Source of the DNA: Nemertoderma westbladi | Taxonomy: Eukaryota; Animalia; Xenacoelomorpha | Direction of reading: 5' to 3' | DNA length: 64,000 bases | Assembly: GCA_032718475.1 (NCBI GenBank) | Contig: JAUCBJ010000321.1 | Coordinates: forward strand, 30,994-94,993 | Shown here: positions 50,501-63,890 of the stretch, piece by piece | How positions within the stretch are numbered: the stretch's first letter is position 1 | How the letters are laid out: every line of letters begins with the position of its first letter | Position numbers and translations under genes: made by a program | Notes under the pieces: model-generated | What the model was told of the DNA's origin: nothing | The model's database searches: none | Seen by the model: only the letters and a program-made list of their open reading frames with translations

Positions 50501-52900
50501 TTTCTTCAGCTGTGTCTTGTACATCTCTCTAGCTGAAGCGTTTGCCGTAAGGCGTCGATGTAATTGAGCGATTCTTGTCTCCGCCAAGGGTCGGTTGTTT
50601 ATAAATTTAGGTTCTCGTTTTTGAAATGGCAGACCAATCTCATATCTACCTTGATCTTTAAGAAAATGTATAGTTGTCGCTTGGATCTGCTTGGCTCTTT
50701 CTTCTTCTACTGATAGGGCCTTATCGTAGGAATTGGGCTCTATAGCCTCTTGAGTAAAGAATTGTACGGCGTGTTCATCACGAGTCTTTGCATTGTAACG
50801 ATCTATCACTTCATTCAGCTCGTCGTTGTAATTCATTTGTTCCTCTGGATGAATGAGGTGACATAAGTTCACTTGGTTTTGCCAAGTTTCATTTTCCGTA
50901 AGGAGGTCGATGGTATTCTCCTCGTCAAAGAGTTGGTAGATATCATCATTATCTGAGGAGTATGGTGTTCCCTCAGTTGGGTCGTCTCCCTCACTGGTCT
51001 CATCTTCCCATTCACTCACCTGGTAGATGCGATCTTTGGGCAGCCTTTCCATGAGAGTTCTACGGGAAGGTCCAGTAAAGTACCAACCTACTCTAGTTCT
51101 TCCCGCATAGGTTTGTAGTGGTTGCGGTTGAGCAGGCCGTTTCTCCAATGTCTCAAGCGCCTCATGCGCATTTTGGCCGATGAGTATTTGTACTCCAGGA
51201 TAATCGGTGTTGAATCTAGGTATCTCATACTGTTGGGTGAATTCATCCTCATCCCAGTTATAAGGTTCCACTTGACTGGTAGCGAAGTTCTTTATCGCCA
51301 CCATTTTTACTGACCTTATGCTGTGTTCTCCTAGTTTATCCTGGGGGGGGGGGGGGGGGGGGGACAACGCGCCTACATAGTAATCTGTAGCTACTGTAGA
51401 TTTCCAAACCTGCATAATTCCTGACATGTTCAACTTAGTTCGGAACTTGGGTTGTCCAGCAAAGATGTCCTTGGCTAGTTCTTTGTCGATGAATGTTCCT
51501 GTGCTGCCAGAGTCAAGGAGAGCGTTCACCACATACCTCTTTTTAGGCCCGTGGACTCTCAACTGCACTACAGGAAATTCTCGGATTCGTACGTTGGAAG
51601 TTGGTGCTTTCCAAGATGGTTGTAGGTCAGAATTAGTTAGGGGGAGCTCATTGTCGGTTTCCTTCTCATACGTAAGTGCTCGATACACTGCGGTATTTAT
51701 TAGGTAACAGGATTCGTTTTCGTCGGAGAATTCGTCCGTATAGAATCCTTCCATCTCAGAACTTTGGTCAGTGTCGTTCACATCACTGAATTGGACATGT
51801 AGTTCGGGTTCACTTACCTGACTCGGGTTAGTTTTTTCAAATTCTGCGTGCAGCAAAATATGATGTTTCGCACCGCACTAAGCGCACCTAGTATCGGGGC
51901 GCAGTAATAAGGGGTGGCTTCGAGAACAGGCCTAATTATTTCATGTTCATCTATTAAAGTAGGAAGTCTTTCTACCCTAATAATTTGGTCTGTGGGTTCT
52001 GTACTACCTAAGTCTGTGCTAGCGAGTTGTCTTCTAACAGCTGGGGGCAAATCAGGCAATTTCTGATGGTGAAGCATTCTTCTACGCCTGCTTAGACGAG
52101 ATCTATTTCCTCCGCCTTCAGGATCGGTGGTATCGCCTTCATCAGATGATGTAAATCCCTGCCTTTTGGGTGTAGATCGACTTATCATCTGCATTTGACT
52201 AGCTGTTAACTGTTCATTTACTCAGTCTTGCGTCTCTTGAAGATTTTCCAACTCCAGTTGGAAATCCCTGTACATATCCTGCTGCCGACCTCTTCCACAC
52301 AGCTGGATCCATTGTGTCTTTTGTGACTCCTATCCTGTGTATGTCTTCCCAGGTAGCTTCTGATAAGTCAAACGGGAGTCCGGGTCCGGGGAAGTTCAAT
52401 TGCAACTCGACAATAGACATCAGTTCCTCCCTTGTGTATCCCGCATAACTGTCTTTGGTCGATCGCTTACTTCTCGCCCAATCGATTCCTCCACCGCAAT
52501 CAATACCGTAGTTAGTACTGCTGCAGGAAGAATGAGAAGGGGATCCGAATAAACTGTATCCGCCATCTTCGCTCCGCGTTCGGGTGTCAGCTCTACAGTA
52601 TCCGAACTACTGGAGCTATCGGGCCACTGAGAACTAAGTTCTTGACTAGGATGTTGCTGCTGTTTGACAGCTGCTTCTTGATCCCGCTTGACTTGGGCCC
52701 GAGTGCCGATGATAGACCTACAGTGTTGGACTAGCCTAGGGTCTGATACTACGATTGGAGGGATGACTTTTCTTACAGTAGGAGGTGAGCTGAACTTCGG
52801 TCTCAAAAGTTCCACACTCCTTTCTGGGTCACAAATGGTTGTATCTAGGAGACTGTCTGACAGGTTCTGCTTTGTGTCAGACATGTTTGTTTGTACAGTT
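47540..52900 (-). mobile_element. BEL/Pao LTR retrotransposon, degenerate (protease-RT-RNaseH-integrase; gag mostly deleted)
   Basis: ORF 48296-51856 has ALLDSGS (protease), VRVVFDGS, SLNSELLPGPNL, DIEGMFLQV, YMDD, FGDAS, KVPRAEL and WRHCPGTINPA. The integrase core SDKGTNF..APWWGGSWERLI is in a shifted frame (47557-48039). A Gag knuckle remnant CA*CGAKHHILLH lies near 51850-51890. No LTRs identified. Confidence 0.92.
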
Positions 52901-53736
52901 GAATGCCTGCTGCTATAATTACAGTTAAAGCAAGTCTAGTAATTCAGTATCATTGTTAGCCTAGTAATTAATTACCGATATCGTTACTCTATGTAACGTG
53001 ATATATATACACAATATATTAGAATACCCAAAAAAACCAAACCTGTTGTAGTCTCCAATCGCCATTATAAGTGTGCAAAAGTGCAAATTTTTTAATAAGG
53101 TCAAATTATATAGCATTGGGTTCTTTTCTTTGCAGATACTTTATTTTCATATTAATATGTTGTTTGGCTCATACTGAGCGCATTAGGGATATGCGTACAA
53201 ATAACCGGCCCTTATTAAGGCTTCGATTGGGTTAATAAATAAAACATAGGATTGTAATATTCTAAAAAACCAGTGTGATATTAAATGCACTTTAAACAAT
53301 AAATAGAGATCAAATAACAAATGGACTACACAATTAAAAACTCGCACAATTTTCTACTTATTATATTGCTTCAAATTAATTTAACAGTGGATATTTGGGG
53401 GAAGGGGGAAGTTACAGTGTGCATTCGGGGGAAGTTTGGTGAACTGCATTTATGCAGTGAATCCAAACTTCCCCCTTTGATATATCATATACTTAAGACA
53501 TGCTAGGGTGACGGGGAAATATTTGTTACTGTCACACTTTGCTTCCATTTATCCTATCCTTTATTATTACCCCAGTCAGATAAGAGATAATAATCAGTAA
53601 AAACCAAACTAAACTGTCTTTCATGCAAACAAATTTCTAATTAAAGACGGGTGAATGACCATGACCATGGAAATGATTTTAAATATAATCGTATATCAAC
53701 TCTTTGGGGAGGCTTCCAAACCCAAAAACAATTATT

Positions 53737-56700
53737 GGCTCATTCCATGAAAAGGTCAACCTCCCCACTAATTTCTAGAATTGAGATGTAGCTTTGAATT
53801 TATACTTATTTTAAATCAAAATTTATCGTACTTCCTGAATTCAGTGCTAAAAATTGTATCAACACAGGTGGTTTATCAAAAATAGTGGAATTACAAATTA
53901 TGCACCTGCTCTGCACAAAATGTGAATAAAAGTGTGCAAAAGTTTGGTTTCCTGTAGGCACTTCCTATGACCAATAAATTAACATTTCTGAGCATGTACC
54001 AAATCAAAAACAAACCCATTTTCGAATTTTTTAGGTTTTATTTAATTTCACCAGTGTTTCATTCCTCTGTAATGAAATCGATAAAGTTAATCTTGTGATG
54101 TCCCATACTTTACCTAAAATAGTGAAATTTTTCGTTTATTCACAGAGATGTAACTCAGCCTAATCACCCAGTGGAATGCAAAGCACATTTGTGTTGCGTC
54201 ATCGTATAAAACAATTAGTTTCATCTTCACTCCCTCAGAAATATCATGGCGGCCAATTGAAAATTGTCCCATACTTTACCATCAAAATGGCGATTATATT
54301 AGTGCACTGTATTAATGTAATATGTGAAGCCATGAGTGTTATAATACTCTAAGGTCATAGTCGGCCGTAAGAATAGGAGTCTATATTTGAACTGAGAATC
54401 ATTCCTCTGTCAAGAAATCTTTGGGTTTATATGCATGTAAAGTCCCATACTTTACCAAAAAATAGTGAAATTGTTAATTTATACACGGAGAAGTAGTCTA
54501 ACTCAGCCAAATCACCCAGTGGAATGCAAAGCACGTTTGTGTTGCTTCATCTTAAGAAACAATTACCTGTAGTTTAATAATCTACTCCCTCAGAAACATC
54601 ATGGTGGCCAATTGAAAATTGTCCCATACTTTACCATTATAATGGAGATTACATTTTAGTGCACTGTATTAATGTAATATATGAAACCTGGAGGGCAGGA
54701 GTGTTATTAATGCTTTAGGGTGATAGTAGTGGGAAGCATAGAAGTATGTTTGACTTCTGTTTTGAGGTCTGTTTGCTTGACTTTTCCGATCACGAGTTTA
54801 TAGCTACAATTATTTCAAAAGAAGCAATTAAATTAGAACCGAAAACGGTAGATAAAGAATATATTCAGTATCGTGATTTTTCAAAATTTAACGAACAGCT
54901 ATTTATAAATCTATTAATGGAAATTGACTGGTTTCTAATTTATACTATGGTAGACATCGAACATCAAATGACTTACTTTGAACAAAGTATTGCATTTCAT
55001 CTAAACAATGTGGCACCGCTTAAATACAAATTACACTCAACACAAAGAAAATTATTACAAAACTGCAAATGGTCAAACGAGTTGTTAGAAGTTCTTCGTA
55101 AAGAAAAATATATCTTATTTGCTAAATGGCGGGAAACTAACTTCGAAAACGATTTCAAGTTATTTAAAAAAGCCAGAAACAAGTTTAACAATCTAAATAA
55201 AAAATTAAAAAACCAATATGTCAATAACACATATGCAACATGCACTACAAGTAAGGGGCGGTGGAAAGTAATAAATCAAATACTAAATAAATCAACTGAA
55301 AGAAATAATATATCAGAAATCAAATACAAGGGAATATTTTATACAGATCCAACAGAAATTGCGCGGGTATTTAATGAAGTCTACATAGATATAGGGGATT
55401 TTACAAAGGCAAACAACATATTTAGTGAAATCCAAAACCATCAAAAACCAATGCAATCATCGCCAAACAATGGGCCCTCCTTTAGTTTCAATACTGTTAC
55501 ATCACTACAAATGTATGAAATAATTAATAAGCTAAATGTCTCAAAGTCATCTGGACCTTCTGATATTCCAATTAAAATATTCAAATTAATGTCACCACAC
55601 ATATGTGAACCCCTCACAGCTATCTTTAATAATTGTATAACACAATCAAAATTTCCTAGCTCATTAAAAATATCACAAATAACACCAATATATAAAAAGG
55701 AGAACCATCTAGATCCAGCTAACTACAGACCTATAGCAGTTACTCAACCAATAGCAAAAATATTCGAACGTCATTTAGTTAATCAAATTAATACATATTT
55801 GTATCAAAATAACCTACTAAATCCATACCAGTTCGGCTTTCGAAAGAAATATTCTACAGTAGACGCCATTACGTACGCTACGGAGCAGTGGAGAGCTGAA
55901 CTCAACCAAGGTAAGTATGTTGCCGTGGCGTTCCTCGACCTCAGCAAGGCCTTTAACTCTCTCAGACACGATACTTTACTAAAAGAGCTCGATTCATTAG
56001 GATTTAATTCAACGGCTTTAAAATTAATTAAAAATTACCTCTCAGACCGCAAACAGAAAGTTAAAATCGGAAACATTTCTTCGACATATTTGACCGAAAA
56101 AAGGGGTGTCCCTCAAGGTACCCTAATGGGGCCTTTAATGTACACACTCTATACTAACACTATGCCATCTCTAGTAACTAAAAATACGTCCATGGTACAA
56201 TACGCTGACGACACAGCCATATATATATCAGGAAAAGATCCGGTCTACTTAGCAAGCGAATTAAAAAACATCATACATAATATTTCAAACATTTTCCAGG
56301 CATACAGTCTTCAAGTTAATCCAGATAAAACAGAACTTTTACTTCTACATCCACATAAAAATATAGACAATAATATTCCAAAAATAAAAATTAAATTAAA
56401 CGAAGAATGTATAATAGAACAATCGACTAGCGTACGATATTTAGGTATAAAAATAGACCATAAACTAGAATGGAAAGAGCAGATTGATTCAGTTATTAGT
56501 AAAATGGGTATGGCAATTTCGGGTCTAAGAAAAATTAAAGGGCAATTACCACTAAAAACGAAAATTACTTTATATAAAGCATTGGTTTTACCATACCATA
56601 ATTATTGTTGCCAGCTGCTGTTATCTTTACACAACGAATATGGACACAAAAAAATACTGTACCGTTTGGAAAAAATGCAGAACTTAGCACTACGTTGCAT

Positions 56701-58383
56701 ATTTAGCAAAAAACCAAAAGATTGTTCTGCTACCGAACTTCGCACAAAAGCTAAAATTCCAACTCTTTATGCATCTCGCGAATACTACGGCATCACCTTT
56801 TTACACAAATATTTACTAGGAATAGCAGAACCATTCAAACATCTCGACCTACCATTCTTAAAAAATGAAAACAAACAAATAAACCCACGAACATTTAAAA
56901 TCAAAATGCCAAAAACTAAAAATTATTACGGTCATACATCATTAACATATAAATTAATACAAATGTGGAATGAACTACCACAGGCAGTAACTTCCCAATA
57001 CCAACACTTGAAAGAATTTAATGCAACCCTAAAAAAACATTACCTAACTCAGTACCACCGGGATGATACAACATAACGCAAAAAACAATTACCTTTTTTT
57101 CATAGCATCTCGTAAATTGTGTACACTCAGTGATTCATATATTATAATATAATTTGTGCAATATCTAGCTAGGGGTGTAGTAATTCATTAGGGATTAGAG
57201 TAAGTTTATATACATACTGTAGAACCCAACATTAAATGTCTGGGCGGGCCAGTCTGACGTATATTCATTATTACCAGTTACCTTGTGTAACTGCCTGTTT
57301 TTGTGCAATTATTGCTAATGATTACACAATGCAGTTTGAATATGAATTATTAAAAAAAAAAAAAAAAAAAAAATGTATTTGAACTAAGAATCATTCCTCA
57401 GTTAACTAATCTTTGAGTTTATGCATGTAAAGTTGCCGTACTTTACAACAAATTTCAAAAAATTTAGTTTTTTTAGCAGATAAGAAGATCGGTATGTACA
57501 GTAATTGATACATTTTCAGAAAAATGGAAAGAATTTCTAAACTTTTTACAGACTACATGTGTACCAAGTTTGGTTATATTTCATCAATGATTGGCAGACT
57601 TATTTCGGTTTTTATCAAAATTTTGAAACTATCGGTACCAACAGACAGACTGTCTGATATGTGACCTTTGATTCCTTAAATTTCAGATTCTTTCCAAACT
57701 TTTGACAGACTTCATACGTACCAGGTCTGATTTAATTTCATCTAAAAATGACCGAGTTATACAGTATTAGCGATCAAAAATTAGACAGATGACATACAAC
57801 TCCTAAGGGCACCCATATGCTAAGACTTCGGGTCAACTTGTGGGCCGCCCCACATTTTGTATCCATATCTTGGTTTGAAATACTTAGTTGCAGTTTATTA
57901 TCACTAATTATCCAGAAATTACTGTTAGGTTAAGTGTAAGAGACCATTTTGACCATAAAATTCGTACAGGTCCCGTACTTTACCTAGCAATGTCCCATAC
58001 TTTACCACACACACCACACTGTAAAAAATTAGCAATGTAGCAATTCGTCTGATATTTATATTTTTATTTAAGCTTAATAATACAGCTCTATACTAAACAT
58101 CAACTCAACACCGTACCTGCGCACAATTCGCTAAATTTTAGAATTGAAATCATAAAATAAAAAAAACCATTTCGTACGAATCCGTACTTTACCTTAATTG
58201 GACAAGCTGGCGTTTTCTCAAAAGTGACTAAGTCCCGCCATAAGCTTCGCGAAATCAAAGCTGATATTCGAAAGTTTAATCCAAGCACAATTTTGTGCAC
58301 ATATGTGCTGTGGATAACATTGTACAGGCAATCAAAGTTCAAAATTGTGTACGAATGTCCCGTACTTTACTTTGGAATGAGCC
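53737..58383. mobile_element. Non-autonomous DNA transposon (11-bp TIR, 4-bp TSD) hosting a LINE insertion
   Basis: ggctcattcca (53737-53747) and tggaatgagcc (58373-58383), with tatt on both flanks. The internal motif gtccc(a/g)tactttacc recurs about 8 times, and ~340-370-bp internal tandem units are present. Confidence 0.7.
54750..57372 (+). mobile_element. 5'-truncated CR1/L2-group LINE with uninterrupted RT ORF and poly(A) tail
   Basis: ORF 54746-57076 begins at the SDH end of the APE domain and has KSSGP, NYRPIAV, QFGFRK, FLDLSKAFNS, GVPQG, YADD and RYLGIKID. Poly(A) at 57352-57373. Likely atgt TSD at 54746-54749 and 57373-57376. Confidence 0.92.
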
Positions 58384-60476
58384 TATTTCGTTACATATAA
58401 TATAGTAAATAACGTTGTATGTTCTTCTTCCTCTCATAATAAAATATATATGAAATATCTCTGATCGCTGTGCCCTGAACATTTCACAACCAAAATGTTT
58501 CAGTGTGAAAAGTGTATGTCTACCACACCCCGCCCAAACAGCCGCAAACGCATAGCCAACAAATTTATCAAAAGTTTACATACATGTTGTGTTCATGACG
58601 AGATGAGTGAAAATTGATCGCGTAATATAAACTAAAAAATTGAGAGTCGGGCTGGCTCTTCTCCACTTTCTTACCCAATGGAAATGTTGTTGTTATAATC
58701 TAATATTGGGGCGGCTTTCTCTCGTTTGCTTGTTTGCCTGTTGAAGTAATGTGCAGTTTGTTCGGTAATCCATTAACACCTTTTATATTGGTTGAATTTC
58801 GGTGTATAAAAACTATAGTTATGGGATTCATTCTTCAGTAGCCTACGAACCCCAGCCAACTGTCATGCCATTTAATTAAATGTTTTTGGTCCCGGCCGGA
58901 CCGGTAATTTTATTATTATTATTAATGCAATATCCGCACGAATTTTTACTGTCTGATTGAAATTAAATAAAAATTAAACCTCTGCACTGAATTATTTAAC
59001 TGTTTTTCTTTACGTTTTTGTCATGGTGAAAATGAATCACGGGCTCCCCAATCTCTAGACCAAGGAAGTAAACCACCCGGATAACCCCCACCCCCCCCCC
59101 CCCCCCCCCCTACCCCTCTCGTATAGGCCTATTCTTTAAAGAAGGGCAAGCACATACCAGGCTACCGCACTCCCCACACACTCCACGAACCTTATAGGGA
59201 ATCGAAGGCAACCACACGCTGGCCTGGTAGATAGTCTGCAAAACCCCCTTTTTAGACTTATATATACTAAGATAAGTAAAGAAATCCCATTCAAAAGAGC
59301 CCATTCAAAGAAATCGCCAAAGTAGCCTCCACCACAAGACCTAAACTCAAACAACAATTAATAAGAACATCTCTTAACCCCCAACGTTCAGTATCCTTAA
59401 ATAAAGCCTGTTATACTTGTTCGTTAGGCGTTCCAAATTTTAACACGAAAAACATCACTTACCAACTAAATTGTACAATATGCAGTGCAGGAGAAAAATA
59501 GACCCAATAAGAGTTCTATTAAGCAGACACAAATACTGTATCTTTACATATAAAAACATATTATCCATGTTAAAACACGTGACAGTGACACGTACTGTGC
59601 ACGTCCAGTGGCGGAGATCTGTATTTGTGAGTGGGGGAACAGAAAGATAATTAACTTTTTTATTTACTTGAATTTAAAGGGTGGGGGGGGGGGGGGGGGG
59701 GGGGGTGGTAAGGGGTGGCAAACTCAAATACAACTTCTCATTGTGATGTTTCCGCAGCCTAAAATTGAGTGAAAAGTTTAGGAATGGCCAATCCTAATCC
59801 AATTTCTTTAAAAAAAAGTCACCATGATGGCACTTTAGCGGCTAAAAGGGCCTATTTCTTGAACAATATTGCTGTTATTGAGTTCAAATTATACAAACTT
59901 GAAATCGCATTAATAGCGATGAAAACATATCCAAATAAATTTACTATTTAAATGTGGTTAGAATGTCATTATTATACAAAAAATACAGGTCTTTAATTTT
60001 TGGAGGTCCCATTTTACAATGTGGCCCCGAGGCCGAGGCCATGGCCTTGTTATCCTAGGCGGTAATCAGGCCCTGCTTACGGAGGCTAGTATACAAAGAG
60101 GCAATAAACCAACGTTGCCGTGTTTTATGTAGGTAACTACCGCTATAATTATTTTTAACCAATAATGGATCAATGAGACCGCCAGTGTAATCAGGACTGA
60201 ATGAAAAAACTAACTATCTTTACTATTATCACTGATTCTAAAAAGTCAGGATTTCAGCCACTGTACACGTCAACACACCAATAAAAACCATCAACATTTA
60301 AACGGTCAACATTGGCACATAGAATGCGAATGTTATATTATAATCAGTGTTGTTCTTTTAGAATTAATCAACACCATAAAACGTGAGACTTGAGCAGCCA
60401 ACTGTAACAAGTCATAGGTCAACACTGGCGTATTCGCCCCAAATGAATATACACTAATTCGAATATACACTAATTC

Positions 60477-60690
60477 GATTTGTAACCTCATACGCGTAGC
60501 CTATTTCATACAGCATAGGGCTTTAGAAGGTTTTACAGGGGGCAGTAGTCTGACGGGGGCTATGGGAATACTCGTTTGGTTAAATGTTTTATTGGTCGGG
60601 GTTTTTGATTTGTAACCTCATACGCGTAGCCTATTTCATACAGTACAGGGCTTTAGGGAGTTTTACAGGGGACAGTAGTCTGACTGGGGC
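60477..60690 (+). repeat. ~85-bp direct repeat pair (130-bp period) upstream of the Penelope ORF
   Basis: gatttgtaacctcatacgcgtagcctatttcatacag...ttttacagggg.cagtagtctgac.ggggct occurs at ~60477 and ~60607. Confidence 0.8.
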
Positions 60691-60946
60691 TGTCTGCAGG
60701 TAGTATGCGGGCATGTGGTTTGCAGCTTGACCGGCGGTATTTGGGTGCCATCCCTAGGCGACCGGTACTGCTGTATGGAGGGAGGGGGAAATATATATTT
60801 TGGTGTATTACTGTATTTAAAATATTAAGGTATATCTATTTATACTTTTTCTATTTAGGCTAGTGCTGTCCGACTATGGTCCTTGGGTGGAGGGAGCTTT
60901 TATTATGTAATTAACTATGTAACGTGTAAATATTATTTAATTTGAA

Positions 60947-60983
60947 ACCTTGATAAAGGGCCGAGTGCCAGAAATCGATCGGT
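60947..60983 (+). ncRNA. Candidate minimal type I hammerhead ribozyme (U3-A8 variant), Penelope-associated
   Basis: acc-TTGATAA-agggccgagtgcca-GAAA-tcga-TC-ggt: stem I acc/ggt, core UUGAUAA, short stem II ggc/gcc, GAAA, palindromic stem III ATCGAT, AUC cleavage triplet. Confidence 0.6.
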
Positions 60984-61099
60984 AAACTCTAATCTTGTTT
61001 AGTATTCAGGGGAGTCCCCAGCGGTTAATTATAATTCTTACGATGATCAACCAACCCCTAAAGTCGGCATGCCGTACCATCTCAATGTTTAATCTTAAT

Positions 61100-63448
61100 A
61101 ACGGGGCAACTTACGGCTATACGGCATCCGCAACTTATTTAGGCTGAAACAAAAGATTATTAGGATACCTCTTATGATAAAATTTAATAGGGAATGTCGG
61201 ACTAGGAAACTCGTACCAAAGTACCTGGCTGCCTGGGGGATGTTTACATGAAAGGGAGCCGGCTACACTGGACCTTGGCAACGGACTTTGTGAGAAGAGC
61301 TCTATCTCGGGATTTAGGGGCCTTGTACGCGAGATTGAAAATCGTGAGGAGGGAGTGGGAAACTGAGTTTAATAGCTTCCTGCGGCTGATCCGTAACATC
61401 GACCGGAGGAACCGTAGGGAAGGGGAGGCACAGTTCTTGTTCGGCTTCGTTATGTGGTGGTCGGATATGATAGCGGAATGCGAGACGAGGGAGCGTTCGA
61501 GTATTCATGGGAGGAAACTAAGGTCCTTAATCACAATGGACCGCCCACCGGGGGAAACTCGCGGGGTTCAGGGATGGGCGGTGAGGAGTCGCCTCGCGGG
61601 AGGGGGTTTACAGGGTGAAGGAGCGCTCGGAGGGAAGCCGAAACCGGCGGGGACGAGAGTACTCAACCTCTCCTCCAAAGAGATTTGCGACGCACAGAGG
61701 GAGGTCCTGGGTTTGGGGTTTGGTTTTGTTCAAGTACCCGCGGGGGGGAGTAATGAACTTATCGACACCCACACAGCCATTTCCAGATGTGGTTCGCGTA
61801 TCAGCAGGAACCACGTCCGCAGACAGATACAGAGATCTGAGGATACAGTGATTATGGGAGCTGCAACAGCGGAGGGCAGCGGGCCGGACCCGTTACCGGA
61901 CGAGACGCAGGTCTCATTCGACAGTCGCCCGCTTACGCCGGGCGGAACCAAACCGGATTTCCCATATTTAGCGACGGTGGGGAATGAAGATCTCTCGGAG
62001 GGGGATTTCGGGGAATCGATCGTAGGTTCTAACGGGGAAGGGATGTGGGTTTCGACACCGACAGATACCAATCTGTTTGGGAGGGGGGCCGTTTCGAGGA
62101 ATCTGTTCGGTTTCCCCGGAGGGGAAGTGAGCGGAGTGAGCGGACGGGAAACGACGGAGAAGGAGTTCCCACCGACTACGCAGGGGAGTCCCATAATACC
62201 GGAGTTGGGTACCGGGGGGGCGACACCGAGGCGTTCCTACGGAGCCAGACGGGAGGGTTTGTCAACCGGGATGCCGATCACGATGCCGGAGGCGAGGGCT
62301 CTACCTTTCCTCTCCGACGGGGGAGGGGGTAGGGAGGGCCAGACGGGAAACGCAATCCCTTTGAATTATAAACCTCTTCTAGTTCCCTATAAGTGTAGAT
62401 ACGTGGCAGCAGCGTCTGTGGATGACAGCGTGGAAGCGTTTATAGGGGACCTACACAGGGTAGCGGAGAAGACCGTGGGTAGAATTAAACCCAAACCAAA
62501 CCTGACTGTTTCCCAACTTAAGGGGATAAAAGACCTGAGGAAAGATTCATCTTTGTCGGTTGTACGGGGGGACAAGACGGGGAATGTTATAATTATCGAT
62601 GCGAGTATAAAGAAGAAGGAGATACAGAGAGCATTGGAGGATAAATCGACGTATGAGGTTTTACGCGAGGATCCAACCAATAAGTTTGCGGCGGAATTAA
62701 GGAGGATTTTGATTAAGCACGAGGTTGGAGATAAACCTTTACGTACCTATATCGTACCGAAGAGACCCGTAACGGGTTACGTGTTTCCCCTTTTCAAGGA
62801 TCATAAAGACCCGTCGGAGTGGATACTTTGGGAGGGTGGAGTTAGAATCCCGAAAGCGAGACTGATTATCGCCGCCACGGGAACAGTGTCGGAGCGCGCG
62901 GCGCAGCTCCTGAACACCTTGTTACAACCCCTTTTGGAGAGAATGGCACATTTCATCCCGGACTCGGCATCAGCGAGGAAGAGTTTACCACGGGAGCCAC
63001 ATGAGCACATCACCTTTATGGCTTTGGATGTTAAGGATATGTATCCTTCCATTGACCATGCAATGGCAATGGACGCCATAACTTTATCCCTACAGGAGAA
63101 TCCGGACGTGATGGAGGTCACTGGTTACTCAATTGAACAAATAACTGTGTTATTGCAATACGTGCTAACCCATACTTATTTTCGTGTTGAAAAAATATTT
63201 TATTTGCTTATAAAAGGTGTAGCTATGGGGGGCCCAGCAGGAAAATCGATAGCCGTACTGACCGTGGATAGGGTACACACACACATTGGAATTATTACAT
63301 TACGTAGTGCTACGTACTTTAAAACCTTTGTGGACGACGCTGAAGGTATTTTTAACAAGATCCTAACAGAGACGGAGAAGCAAGACATAGTCGACAGGTA
63401 CAACGGGGCTAGTGGGGTGGTGTTTGGGCGGGGTGCGATACAATTTAC
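61100..63448 (+). mobile_element. Penelope-like element RT ORF, 3'-truncated
   Basis: VLNLSSKEI..QREVLGLGFGF, RGDKTGNVIIID, YEVLREDPT, KDHK, LDVKDMYPSI, KGVAMG and FVDD. An upstream shifted frame gives IKFNRECRTRKLVPKY (PLE N-terminal motif). No GIY-YIG domain is reached. Confidence 0.85.
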
Positions 63449-63838
63449 AGTTTAATAGCTTCCTGCGGCTGATCCGTAACATCGACCGGAGCCGGAGGAA
63501 CCGTAGGCATGGTAGGGAAGGGGAGGCACAGTTCTTGTTCGGCTTCGTTATGTGGTGGTCGGATAGGATAGCGGAATGCGAGACGAGGGAGCGTTCGAGT
63601 ATTCATGGGAGGAAACTAAGGTCCTTAATCACAATGGACCGCCCACCGGGGGAAACTCGCGGGGTTCCGGGATGGGCGGTGAGGAGTCGCCTCGCGGGAG
63701 CGGGTTTACAGGGTGAAGGAGCGCTCGGAGGGAAGCCGAAACCGGCGGGGACGAGAGTACTCAACCTCTCCTCCAAAGAGATTAGCGACGCACAGAGGGA
63801 GGTCCTGGGTTTGGGGTTTGGTTTTGTTCCTGTACCCG

Positions 63839-63890
<52 letters not shown>

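Noticed and set aside
52900-53500. 5' LTR of the BEL element
   Set aside because: No matching direct repeat was found near 47300-47550 and no convincing TG...CA boundaries.
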